The position numbers and the translations under genes were made by a program. The notes beneath the pieces were generated by a model. It made no database searches and was not told the origin of the DNA. It worked only from the letters and a program-made list of their open reading frames with translations. From Eledone cirrhosa (lineage: Eukaryota), in assembly GCA_964016885.1 (NCBI GenBank), contig OZ024746.1, positions 70,122,001 through 70,186,000 of the forward strand: a stretch of 64,000 bases of DNA, given 5' to 3'. How positions within the stretch are numbered: the stretch's first letter is position 1; each line of letters begins with the position of its first letter. This document shows positions 1-12,163 of this stretch, one piece after another.

Positions 1-868
1 GTTACCATGAAAAGGAAGATAAGATACTAAACTGTTTACTCTGAGTGTGTATGTGTGTCTGTCTGTCTGTGAGACAGGAAGAGAGAGGGAGAGAGAGAGA
101 TATTTGCATTTACTAATCATTGTTTAAGGGTTTGTCTGCCTCGTGATGCCGACGGACACGATGGAAAATACACTGCCCTGAATGGCGGAAAGGGAGACGC
201 GCTGGAACAGCTACGCGACCAGCCTACTCCGCACCGATAATAGTGAGCAGGGATGTGGTCCGGGGACCAAGAACGTCGGAAGTCTCCACTGCCACAGGCT
301 CGACCACAAACCTATCAGAGAGCGGCCGATACGACTAGAAATACCTTCTAGAAGAAAGTGCCCATGACATTTTGCAGTCCTTTCTGAAACCAATGGGGCT
401 CATACTGTTAATATTCAGTTTAAATTATTACAGGTTGATACCCGCAGGAAATACATGTAATATATCTGGAGGAATGGTCTGTGCGCATGACCTTTGTATC
501 ACCCAGCCCTTCCGAGACTAATGATGAAACTGATGCTGTTTATGTTACAGGTCGTTTCCTGCGGGAAATACATGTGCAGGGAGAGAATTCCAGAGGGTCA
601 ACGTTCTGGTACGGAAGGGCTAGGCGTAGTGATTAGAGCGTGGTCTGGAAGATTGGACGCAGGAAACTGGAACCAATAATGCGGCTTTTTTGCCAATTCA
701 ACGTCTAAAACACTAATGCTAACAGAATTATTATGTGGAGTCAAGCATGACCTCCTGAAAATGGCTAAGTATAGACCATAGGCTCGTCTTGATAGATACA
801 TATCTAGTTGGTGTTGTCTCCCAGATATAGTCAGATAGATACATAAATCGTTGTTGTTCCAGTTCTAG

Positions 869-920
<52 letters not shown>

Positions 921-1003
921 ATAATAATAAATTTGAAGACTGTCTTCCTCCGGTTGCAACGTTTTTTGAAATATCACTTCTGCGTTCACAGATTGACTTT
1001 GTT

Positions 1004-1054
1004 AGTTTCAGAAGATCCTCTTAAGGGTGAAAGCAGCGATTCTTTGCTTAAACT
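1004..1054 (+). ncRNA. Hammerhead-like motif, family F1 (variant core CAGAAGA)
   Basis: AGTTT-CAGAAGA-T-CCT-cttaa-GGG-T-GAAA-GCA-gcgattctt-TGC-TT-AAACT: stem I AGTTT/AAACT, stem III GCA/TGC, site CUU. Also at 15450-15501 and 27998-28048 (+), and a decayed copy at about 2898-2948 (-). Confidence 0.6.
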
Positions 1055-1110
1055 TTAATCTGTTATTTTAATAAAAAAAGAATCAGTGTTGCGACGAATG
1101 GAATTTATTG

Positions 1111-1206
1111 AACATATTACAATCGTTTCTCTGGCGACCAGCTCGAGGCACGATCGATGTGATGATCGAACCTGACTCTGAAAATCGCAAGGTCCTCAGA
1201 TACGTC
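1111..1206 (-). ncRNA. Type I hammerhead motif with very long stem II
   Basis: Reverse complement reads GACGTAT-CTGAGGA-(about 63 nt, ccttgcgat...gtcgccaga)-GAAA-C-gatt-G-TA-ATATGTT; 7-bp stem I, GUA site. Confidence 0.65.
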
Positions 1207-1261
1207 TTGATTCTACGGAGCAGAATTTTTTTTTTGTTGAAAATCTGCTTCGTAGAATCAA

Positions 1262-1325
1262 GATGTATCTGAAGACCATCGAGCGTGCCTCGAGCTGGTC
1301 GCCAGAGAAATAATTGTAATATGTC
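1262..1325 (+). ncRNA. Type I hammerhead motif (right-arm copy, stem II internally deleted)
   Basis: GATGTAT-CTGAAGA-ccatcg...gccaga-GAAA-taattg-TA-ATATGTC. Confidence 0.55.
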
Positions 1326-1473
1326 CAATAAATTCCACTCATCGCAACACTGATTCTCTTTTTTTTGTGTTATCATACTCTGCTCTATGAGAGCATCGAG
1401 TGCTCAGACGGCCTACCGCATACGGGCGCTTTAACCATCCAACACCAATTATATATATATATATATATATATA

Positions 1474-1675
1474 TTAAAATAACAGATTAAAGTTTAAGCA
1501 AAGAATCGCTGCTTTCACCCTTAACGGGATCTCGTTAAGGGTGAAAGCAGCGATTCTTTGCTTAAACTTTAATCTGTTATTTTAATAAATATTTGCTCTA
1601 CGGCTCTTATATATTTGATATATATTTATCCTTATCGAGCCCTCTTTGGATTTTAGTCTTTAATTTTATTATTAT

Positions 1676-1680
<5 letters not shown>
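1474..1680 (+). mobile_element. F1 fold-back element between (TA)n tracts
   Basis: Near-perfect palindrome 1474-1585 centred on GATC (1528-1531), then a tail to 1680. Same family at about 15378-15640, 2881-2990 and 27990-28065. Confidence 0.8.
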
Positions 1681-1744
<64 letters not shown>

Positions 1745-1973
1745 CTGTCTCATAGGTTAAGTATTTAAACGTAGAGTGTTGACTTCTAGACTGCTCTCAA
1801 GATAGCAGAAGATAAGGTAAAGTGTGAATCTCCTGAAATGATCCAATGAGCCAAAAGATAAGAATTGGAATAGTAAATGAAACGTAAACAGATATTATAC
1901 ACATATGTATACACACATACACATATATATCATGTTATATATTATATTTATATGACATTTTATATATATTTTA

Positions 1974-2010
1974 CTAGCAGAATGGCCCGGCGTTGCTCGG
2001 GATTTGCTCT
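1974..2010 (-). mobile_element. Helitron 3' end fragment
   Basis: Reverse complement CCCGAGCAACGCCGGG-ccattctg-CTAG-T; the hairpin is identical to the one at 49120-49135. Confidence 0.65.
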
Positions 2011-2132
2011 AGGGTTCTTATATATTTGAAATATATTTATCCTTATCGAGCCTCGTGAAATAAATACGTTTGTTTATATTTTGTTATTGTGTATGCAAAC
2101 ATATATACAGTATATATATATATATATATACA

Positions 2133-2229
<97 letters not shown>

Positions 2230-2273
2230 CAGTATATATATATATATATTATAAAAAATAAAAGTCTTTATTA

Positions 2274-2311
2274 GCCAACAATGTTTCGTCCTATTAAGGA
2301 CTCATCAGGGC
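2274..2311 (-). ncRNA. Minimal type I hammerhead ribozyme
   Basis: Exact reverse complement of 2623-2660. Confidence 0.85.
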
Positions 2312-2622
2312 AAGTAAAGCTACAAGAAGCACTATCGGCCAATACAAGCCAAAAACTATATTATATTCTATATCGTACTGTAATTCTCGCATTATATTAC
2401 CATTTGTGTTTCAAGTTTTTGCATTATACAATATTTACAATGTGGGTTCAACATGTTAATCACTTCCTTGCTATTTGGTCTATATCTATGTTTGTAACTG
2501 CTCACTCTTAATCTTAGCCTACTTTTCCTTGATATCCTTCCTGGGCTTTAATAGATGTATACTCCATATTCTTCTGAGTTTTTGGCTTGTATTGGCCGAT
2601 AGTGCTTCTTGTAGCTTTACTT

Positions 2623-2660
2623 GCCCTGATGAGTCCTTAATAGGACGAAACATTGTTGGC
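2623..2660 (+). ncRNA. Minimal type I hammerhead ribozyme
   Basis: GCC-CTGATGA-GTCCT-taat-AGGAC-GAAA-C-att-G-TT-GGC: intact core, 5-bp stem II, 3-bp stem I, GUU site. Confidence 0.88.
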
Positions 2661-2801
2661 TAATAAAGACTTTTGATGTATTGAAGGCTTCTTTGGTTTA
2701 TTTTTTATAATTCTTCGGCTCTGTTTAATTACATTGAGCTATATCTTACACTGTCATTTCTATAATATGAAGAGGGTGTTTAACTCCAACACACTCTAGT
2801 A

Positions 2802-2866
<65 letters not shown>

Positions 2867-3169
2867 TGTATATATATATATTAAAATAACAGATTAAAGA
2901 TTAAGCAAAGAATCGCTGCTTTCACCCTTAACGGGATTTCCTGAAACTAAAAAAATCAATCTGTGAACGCAGAAGTATTCGAAAAACGTTACACACACTA
3001 TTACATATACACACACTCACACATATAGCGTTATAATGTCGTAATGCAGACAGCCAGACATACAGACAGATATTATAAGGGCGAAACCTTATATCTATGT
3101 ATCTATCTAAAAAGAAAGACTAAGAATTATAGAGAGAGATCGCTAAATCGCCTAATACGGTCCCTAGGG

Positions 3170-3605
3170 CATTGAAATTTGAAATATCTTTTGCTCTAAA
3201 TACTCACAGGACCGTAAGTATTACATGTGTAAAGTTTGAAAACAATCGGTTGGGTGGTTCTCGATTTTAGGGAGCTGACAGACAGACATGTGGCAGTATC
3301 GGTAGAGGATCGGACACCATGCTTTGACGCATAGAGTTACGGCCCTTGCCATTCTGAGTTCAAATCCCGCCGAGGTTAACTTTGCCTTTCATCCTTACGG
3401 GGGTCGATAAAATAAAGTACCAGTAATGTACTGAGTAATTGATGGCCTTGTGCCAAAAGTAGAAACAATTATATTATCTATATATCAAAAACAGAGAATG
3501 TCTGTCTGTCTGTCCGATCACTAAAACTCAAGAACCATCCAACCGATTGTTTTCAAACTTTACACATGTAATACTTATGGTCCTGTGAGTGTTTTGAGCA
3601 AAGAA
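3170..3605. mobile_element. Non-autonomous Helitron-like pieces in inverted orientation around a SINE
   Basis: About 3190-3288 is an imperfect reverse complement of about 3505-3603. TCTATATAT start and (GTCT)n tract resemble invertebrate non-autonomous Helitrons. Confidence 0.4.
3290..3473 (+). mobile_element. tRNA-derived SINE family S1
   Basis: A-box TGGCAGTATCGG, B-box GAGTTCAAATCC, body ...GGGGTCGATAAAATAAAGTACCAG...AGTAGAAACAATTA; more than 10 copies in the window. Confidence 0.85.
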
Positions 3606-3851
3606 AACCAACCGGAAAAAGACCCAGGGGTAGACCTCGAGCAAGTTGGTTGGATAACAACCATATGCTTGGTTGGTCTCGCTTGGGGACTGAGCCGGAC
3701 CAGTTGGATACGGTTGCTTCTGACAGGACCCGCTGGGAGGAGTGTTTGAGGACTCTGCCCGCACGACCCTGTTAGAAATAAATGGGCGATGAAGAAGAAG
3801 AAGAAGAAGAAGAAGAAGAAGAAGAAGAAGAAGAAGAAGAAGAAGAAGAAG

Positions 3852-3880
<29 letters not shown>
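3605..3880 (+). mobile_element. RTE-like LINE 3' end with (GAA)n tail
   Basis: Decayed RP.GRP...W-type C-terminus followed by (GAA)n; similar to 22750-22990. Confidence 0.55.
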
Positions 3881-3882
<2 letters not shown>

Positions 3883-3947
3883 GGGACTGAACCTAATATA
3901 TATATATATATACATATATTATCCCTTCGGCACACACACAACCACAC

Positions 3948-4545
3948 CAGTTGGTGCTACTGGTAACATGTATCCCAGTACAACCTGTCTCATGGTCGGG
4001 TCGTTGGCGACTAAACTGGCAACCCCACCAAGGTTTCTTGGTGAGGAGGGTGACTTGGGACATCCTGCAGGACTAAAAACAAAACCTGTCAAAGAGCAAT
4101 GGAGCTCTTAAGAGTCAATGGCCATCCAAAATCACCGGGAGAGATGACCCCTTAGCCTTTGTCAAGGCAGAATTCTAGGAGAAGGAAAACTCTGATATAA
4201 CACCTGCAACCCTGATGGCATCCAATGATGTTGACTTGTTCTTCTTTTTGGTAAATATCATCTTGGTTAAGAGAGTGGGACTGGCTTTGTGCAGTGCCTT
4301 TGCTCACTATAAAAGCTTCACGGCACAGGCATTGCTTTATATCTGGAGATCTCTCTGCACTTGTCGTCACATGGTACCATGGGCCCAGCACTATGTGTCA
4401 ATAATTGTCACAAGTGTAGTGTTTGTACCAGAGTTTTCAAGTCGCTGGCTGGACTAAAAAGTCACACTCGTTCAGCGCATCGGTAGGGGTTCTCCTACAT
4501 GGATATAAAGTAGTAGCCGTACTCGAAAACGAGTTGGCAGCCACC
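3948..4545 (+). mobile_element. RTE-like 5'-UTR-derived repeat ending in (TATG)n
   Basis: GCTACTGG..CATGTA.CCCAG.ACAACCTGT...GACTAAAC.GGC is shared with 5452-5650 (+) and 45730-46250 (-). The RTE assignment is by resemblance only. Confidence 0.5.
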
Positions 4546-4585
4546 ATGTATGTATGTATGTATATGTGTGTGTGTGTGTATGTAT

Positions 4586-5435
4586 GTTCTTCTGGTTTTA
4601 TAATTTCACAAAGTTTTGCCAATAGAGAGAGAGAGAGAGTCGTTTTCTAACATAGACACAATACTCTCTCATTGTAATTTACACAGCATCAACTAGGTAG
4701 ATATGTATGTATGCATGCATGTGTAGATATGGATGTTATTGTATGTGTGCATGTGTATAAGCTTTGTATCTGTACATGTGTATATGCAGTTATTAGATGC
4801 AACATTTTTGGAATGTTTTACATATTTTTACTGTTCCATTAATGGATTGTACTTGTAATTTCCTAACTAGTTGTGTTCTTTCTGTTCCTGTGAAGCCTGG
4901 CTTCTCAAGATTTGTATTGAGGCAGTTACTAATATACCCCAGTGCCCCAATAACCACAGGCATAAATCTAAAGCTGTAATCAGAGTGGAGTATCTGCAGA
5001 TTTCTCATCAGTTCTGCATAAATATTCTTTTTCACTAATCTTTGATATTATATTGGCATCTGCTGGGCAGCTAATTTCCACTACTGTGCATGTTTTCTTC
5101 TCCCTATCCCATATCATAATATCTGGTCTGTTATGCCTGCATTTTATTGGGGTTTTTACTGGAACATTCCACCAGTACTCTTTCATATTATGTACATGGA
5201 TGTCTTCCACATTGTTGTAATTTTTAATGTATTTATTATCGGGGCTATCTTTTTTACGAACTGCATTGTACAGTGTTTTGGCCACTACATCATGCCTCAT
5301 AGGTAGATAGTACCGCGATGACATCTTTGGATAGCTGCTGATGACATGGGTGATATCCTCGATGTTAGTTCTGCAGAGTCTGCACTTGTTATCACATCTA
5401 GGTGTTTTGCCTGAATCCCTATCTCTTTTGTGAAG
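4586..5435 (-). mobile_element. 5'-truncated R4/Dong-like LINE (CCHC + RLE endonuclease, 3' UTR)
   Basis: ORFs 4980-5324 and 4793-5035 with RHD, PDI...VEIS, and CRLC..HV..C upstream. Nearly identical to about 49820-50690; both ends lie in (TATG)n. Confidence 0.88.
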
Positions 5436-5451
5436 TATGTATGTATGTATG

Positions 5452-6196
5452 TCAGGTCAGGTCTCAGGTTGCTACTGGTAGCATGTAGCCCAGCACAACC
5501 TGTTTCATGGTCGAGTGGTCGACGACTAAACCGGCTCCCCTACCTGAGTCTGGTCTGGTGATGAGGATAAGTGGAAACCCAGCGGCACAAAACAAGAGCT
5601 GTAAAGGGCGCATGAACTCCACAGCGTCAACGGTCAACAAACCCATCTATAGATTAAATAGCCTCACCAACCTGTAATTGGCCAAGCGTGGTGAGTACGG
5701 CTACACCCCCTGGAGAGGTTAAACTCCATGACAATAACACATGCGATCCTCGTAATTGTCCTGTTATCTTGCCTTGACTTGTCACCGGACACAGCTGCGG
5801 GGATGTACTGGGTGCTATGTGTGTAGCACAAGCATGTAGCATTGCCATCTTTATGTGCAGATATTACTTCATAAATCCCACAGCTGTGGAGGAGTAACAA
5901 CGTGTGCAGCTTCGACCGGTTAGAAGCACATAGTCACAAATCTACACGTGGGCGGCTCGAGTGTTATTCAAACGCCGCTGCACTGTTAACCTGAACATCA
6001 ACATGCTTCGGCAGAGTCTTGAGCATTTGGTGATGCACTGCTCAACCATACCACATGGGAAGGGTCTAGAAAACTTAACATGAACAAAACCTGTTCAGTC
6101 ATCAAACTGACCAGCAGCCTGCAGTTGGCGGTGGTTCGTAATATCAGGGAATTTGTTGAATAGATGGCCCTCTTCTGTAAAGAAATGACAGTTACC
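5452..6196 (+). mobile_element. RTE-like 5' repeat, second copy, bounded by (TATG)n
   Basis: 5' part is similar to 3948-4130; (TATG)n at 5436-5451 and 6197-6212. Confidence 0.45.
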
Positions 6197-6573
6197 ATGT
6201 ATGTATGTATGTAAGTGTATATTCATGCATATAATTACTTCTATTATAACTCCATTCACGCCTTGGATGCCTTATAGAAATATATATCGATGGCTGGTTG
6301 AAAGTCAAAACCGACTTCACGCAGGATTTGAACTCACAGTGTAGAGGGAGGTAACTAATTATCAGCAGGTATTTAGTCTGACAGTCTAACACATCGGCGA
6401 TCCATACGCATAGAATTTACTTTTATAAGAAAAGGATCATGAAAAATACTTGGCGAATTCGTTCACAGAACTGTTATAGCGTCGAAGGAAATGTCTAGTG
6501 GTGTAATTTTTAGCTGAGTTCAAAGTCCAGCAAAACGACTTTACTTTTTTACTTTCCGTGGTCAATAAAAAGT

Positions 6574-6835
6574 GGAGGCACGTGGCCTAGTGGTAAGGGT
6601 GTTGGACTTACGATCATAATGTCGTGGGTTCGATTCCTGGGTTGGGTGTTGTTTTCTTGAGCAAAACACTTCATTTCACGTTGCTCCAGTATACTCAGCT
6701 GGAAACGAATACCAGCAATAGCAGAGGATTTAACCCTGCGATGGACTGGCGTCCTGTCCAGGGGGGAGTCTTATACTCTCAGTCGCTTCACGCCATGAAA
6801 CCGGGATAAACACCGGCCAAATGAGCCTTCTGGCT
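6574..6835 (+). mobile_element. tRNA-derived SINE family S2
   Basis: TGGCCTAGTGGT A-box, GGTTCGATTCC B-box, then TTCTTGAGCAAAACACTT. Relatives at about 10170, 13135, 14972, 26530, 26815 and 53352 (+), and about 10600-10950, 15920-16070, 20860-21190 and 25440-25740 (-). Confidence 0.8.
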
Positions 6836-7399
6836 TTAGAATATTAGGTCATTAAATAAGGTACGGCTCTATAGCATTAGACAAGCAGAATTATTAGAAC
6901 ATATGACGGAATATTCTGCTGTTTTTCTTCTGTATGATGTATTACATTCTGAGTTCAAATCCTGCTGTAGATGCTAGCCTTAATCAGTTACTCAGCTTAA
7001 GATCAACATCCGAAACTAGTGAGCCATTAGTGGACTTCATTCTGTTGTAAGCATTCAGATTAAGGTAAACCTAACCTTAAATCCAACCCTAATCCCACCT
7101 TCCTACAAGTCTTGCATGTTCTGAAGAGAGTTAAGGGGTAGTCTCCTCCGTATCTCCCTTACACCAGTCCCATAGGTCCTGAAAAGAGTCAGGGTCACTA
7201 TCCCTACTTTCCTCAATGAATCAACAGTAAAAGGATTTCAAGTCATGTCTTTTAGTAAAACTTCCCGTATGTAGGTTTGTTTACAAGCACACACGCGCGT
7301 GCGCGCACCATTCCACACACACACTCATATATATGCATTCATGCATAAATACATACACATTCAAGCACCGCCCCGCCATATATATATATATATATATGC

Positions 7400-8115
<716 letters not shown>

Positions 8116-8454
8116 ATCTATTTAATCATGTATGTGCATATGCATGCATATACCCACCCACACACATTATGTTACGGTACATGCGAAAATATATAGAGAA
8201 ATTAACGGAAACAAATGTAAAGTGTACTATTAGGTGGACTTAGGTGTTTCTCTGATCATTGATACGAATGCTGATGGAGTTGTAGGGATTTTTTAGATAA
8301 GTGGAGCCCATCATTTTTCATAGAAAAGTGGGTGGAAAATGAGGGAGAGAGGGGGAATGAGGGAGAGTGAGGATAAAGTGAGAGATAGAGATAGATAGAT
8401 AGATAGATAGATAGATAAAGGGATAGATAGATAAATAGATAGAGAGATAGATAG

Positions 8455-9060
8455 ATATGTTTCTTTATTAGCCGCAGGGGCACAAAAGAAGGTGACAAAT
8501 ACAAAGGGGGTAGTTTACATACAATAAAAACGTGTAAAATACTATCACAAATGCAATTTAAAAACTAATCGATTTTCCCCAATAGGGGGAGACATTACAT
8601 ATGGGTAACACATACCCTCGAAAAAATGTGCAACCCTCATCTCCAGGAGTACGAAGAGTTTGTACCCCTTTCCTCTCTTCCTTTTTTTCCTCAACCTACA
8701 GGCTGATATAGAGAGAAGGCCCATTAACTCGGGCTATCTCGCCACTTCCACCCACCTTTCATAAAACTTGCTGGGGTACAGCACCTCTCTCTCCATCTTG
8801 ATTCTTCTTCCAAAGTGGTATTTGAAAAAAAAGAATCAGTTGTTGGCCGGAGAGAAAGGTGTCTGACCTCAGCTCTTTTAACCTCGTCCACCATATTACC
8901 TCTTTCGCCATAGCTATCACACAAAGGAAAACCGCCCCTCCTTCATTTTTGAAGGAGGGGCGGTTTGATCATGACAATGGACTCGGTGGTCAACCGGATT
9001 GGTCCCACCCGCGACAATAGTCGTTCTACATAGCTCGACAGGTCGGTAACGCCCGGGCAG
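8455..9060 (-). mobile_element. L1/Tx1-like LINE 3' fragment
   Basis: Minus-strand translation resembles AIAKEVIWWTRLKE...LILFF.YH...RIKMERE...ERWVEVA, followed by a 3' UTR ending CTAATAAAGAAA. Confidence 0.5.
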
Positions 9061-9725
9061 TGTATGGAGAGATAGATAGATAGATAGATAGATAGTTAGG
9101 TAGGTAGATACATAGAGAGATAGACAGATAGATAGATAGAGAGATAGATAGGTAGATAGGTAGAGAAAGTGAGATGGGGAGACAGCAAGTGAGAGAGAGA
9201 GAGAATGGGGAAAAGAGGAGAGATATAGAGAAGGAGAGAGTGTGCAAGAGATAGAGAGAGGAGGGGAGTAAGAGAGAACAAAAGAGATAGAAAGAGTAAA
9301 AAAGTGTGAAAGAAATAGAGATGAAGATAGGGTGACAAAGAAAGAGAGAGAGAGAGAGAAGGGGGAGAAAGAGAGAGAAAGAGAGAGAAAGAGAAAGAAA
9401 TGGAGTTCAATACCTAGTACTGAATAAGCACTTTATTTATCGACCCCGAAACGATGAAAGGTAAAGTTCAGTTCAGTGAAATTTGAAAAGAGAATAAACA
9501 CAACAAAACATTACGACCGACACTAACACCTCTGCCACTTCGCCAGCTGGAGTTTTGGTGAATAACTGTTAAAATCAAGAAAATAGATTGGAAATCTTAA
9601 GTTAGATATTTTTTTAGTTATTTATTATGTTTTTATTACTTTAGTCAGTAGGATGGTCAGGTTCGGAACGGCATAGACTGGTATTCTTACATCAATCCCC
9701 CTGATCCGAATGTTTACCACAGGGA

Positions 9726-9919
9726 GACCTGCCAACCTCTAAAAACTCAAACGGGGAGTACCATGAAAAAAAAAATGCCTCCAAACGGGAGAAATGAGGC
9801 AAAATGGGGAGATTTTACATAATGAAAGCTATACCCATTTTCACAAGAGAAAACATCTCTCACCCACCCCAAAGTGAGTGGGAGATCTCCCCGTCGGACG
9901 GGGAGAGTTGACAGGTCTG
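9726..9919. mobile_element. About 190-bp MITE
   Basis: Ends AGACCTGCCAACCTCT and AGAGTTGACAGGTCT form imperfect TIRs; second copy at 50893-51078. Confidence 0.65.
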
Positions 9920-10563
9920 ATCACCGAGCAAAACGTTACAGAGAATGGAAGTGAGAAGAGGCAGTCATCTCCTAGAGTGCAGGTATGAAAAAGTGCAAAT
10001 TTTTTCTCTGGCCTATCAAGCCTGTTAATTAAGGTGGGAGATACGAAAAGTGTCATTTCTTCCTGGGTACTGAAAGCCACAGCAACCGAGTGGACTCCGT
10101 ACAATTCACCCACGGGTATCAGCTGGTGTTGGTAAACAATGTGACGTGTTAAGTCTACCATATAAATTGTAAAGGCACGTTGCTTAATGGTTGGAGTGCT
10201 CCACTCATGGTCGTAAGGCCGTGAGTTCGATTCTCTGTCCGGGCGATGCGTTGTGTCCTTGAGCAAGTCACCATGTTTCGCACTCTTTCAGTTCTGCTTG
10301 TTGGCAAAACTATGTTAGATATTTAATTGAAAAAGACTAGACTTGTCTCACAATATTGTCACGCTCAATTTCTCTGAAAACTACGATACAGGTACACCCA
10401 CTTATAGAATGCTCAGCCACTTACATTTCAGAGACAGGCTATCCCATTGGTTGAACAACTAGAATACTCGCCTTCGGTATCGATGCAGGTCCAACTCACA
10501 ACCATTTCTTATGATATTTTCTTCGAGAAAATGTTTCTGTAACTTTATTTTTCTAACAAATTC

Positions 10564-10602
<39 letters not shown>

Positions 10603-11179
10603 TTGCTCTCTCACATGAAATGGACCGCCATCGGTTTCGACGATGAGCGTTCCTGTTCTATTAACGGAACAACATGCTCGTGAAATTAACGTGTAAGTGA
10701 GCATTCCATAAACACATGTATCGTTAACAGTAATTCTCAGGGTGATGCAGCGTGACACAGTGTATGCCGTGGCTGGTTCTTTCAATTATAGACAGGTTCC
10801 CAAACAGTTGCCAAATTTCAGCCACCAGATCAATACCAGGTCAATACGAGATTATGGTAAATGACACCTGTCTAAGATTGTCTCTCAGTAATGTCGAACT
10901 TGGGACCTAATGATTGCGAAGCGAACTTCTTAACCATTCTGCTATGTTGTGTCAACTCTCTTACATAGAAATCCATGTTAAACACAATGATTACTTACTT
11001 TAACACAGAACAATCCAAGGAAGAAGAAGAAGAAGAAGAAGAAGAAGAAGAAGAAGAAGAAGAAGAAGAAGAAGAAGAAGAAGAAGAAGAAGAAGAAGAA
11101 GAAATCTGGTAGAAGCGAAGAAAAGAAAAAAAGAAAAGAGAAGAAAAGAAAAAATAAAGAAAAGAAAAGAAAAACTTAC

Positions 11180-11252
11180 CGTTTAATGTTGCAATGAAAG
11201 CAACGATGACTGTGCAAAGAAATCCGATGTTGGAACCGAACACATAAATCAT
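11180..11252 (-). CDS. Candidate first coding exon encoding a signal-peptide-like sequence (host gene unidentified)
   Basis: ATG in AACCATGA context, MIYVFGSNIGFLCTVIVAFIATLN, then a phase-1 consensus donor G|GTAAGT at 11179-11174; sequence is unique within the window. Confidence 0.55.
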
Positions 11253-11477
11253 GGTTAAGCATTCAGTTGATGTATGTTACCCCCTCACAAACGACACAGT
11301 AGATAGACAACGGTGGGAGAGATTAATAAAGTCAACGGTGCTGTGCACGAGTGTTTGTGTGTGGAGACAGAGATGCACCGGGAGTGTATTATAGCCGTGG
11401 AAAACTATTTGAAATAGTAAAAAAAAAAAAAAATAAAAAATAAAATAAAGTTGCAATGTTCGCGTTAGCTTTTGTCA

Positions 11478-11775
11478 GTGCAGCAGCAGCAGCAACAACA
11501 ACAACAGCAGCAACAGCAGTGGAAGCACGGTGGTGGCGATGTTGGCGGAGGCGGCGGCGGTGGTGGTAGTGGTGGAGGCAGTGGTTGGGGAGAGTGGGGT
11601 GACGGCAGTGGCCACAGCAGCAACTCCAGCAATCCACAGCAACAACAGCAGCAACAGCAGTGGAAGCACGGTGGCGGCGGTGGTGGTGGCGATGACGGTG
11701 GCTGGTGGCAGAGGTGGCGGTGGTGGTGGTGGTGGCGGTGGTGGTGGTGGTGGCGGCGGCAGTGGCCACAGCAGT

Positions 11776-11806
<31 letters not shown>

Positions 11807-12094
11807 CAATCAATAACAACTTCAGCACTTCACAGAAGAAGCATCACAAGCAACAGCAATAGCAGCAGTAGTAATATATGGGTGGAGATGCTCATTAAAT
11901 AGTAATAGTAGTAGTAGTAGTGGTGATAGTGGTGGTGGTGGTAGTCGTGGTATGGTGGTAGAGGTGGTGGCTGGTGGTAGTGGTGGTGGTGGTGGTGGTA
12001 GTGGTGCTGGTGGCGGCGGCGGCGGCGGCGGCAGCGGCTGCCGCGGAAGAAGTAATAGTAGTTGTAACAACAGCAGCAGCAGCAGCAGCGCAGC

Positions 12095-12163
<69 letters not shown>

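Larger units (their letters stand above)
1080..1450. mobile_element. Fold-back element with an HHR on each arm plus an unpaired tail ending in (TA)n
   Basis: 1080-1159 is the imperfect reverse complement of 1277-1357, and 1191-1230 of 1240-1277. Tail 1358-1450 runs into (TA)n. Confidence 0.75.
2258..2808 (+). mobile_element. (TA)n-flanked inverted-repeat element carrying two canonical HHRs
   Basis: About 2260-2357 is the reverse complement of about 2577-2674; tail 2675-2808; (TA)n on both sides. Confidence 0.8.

Noticed and set aside
3948-4030. Possible HDV-like or twister ribozyme at the head of the RTE-like repeat
   Set aside because: A conserved hairpin is visible, but I could not fit either pseudoknot consensus; an Infernal search would decide.
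6574-6645. tRNA gene
   Set aside because: A and B boxes are present but there is no acceptor stem, and it continues into a SINE body.
7068-7098. Telomere-like CCTAAC/CCCTAA motifs
   Set aside because: Only a few degenerate units; not an array.
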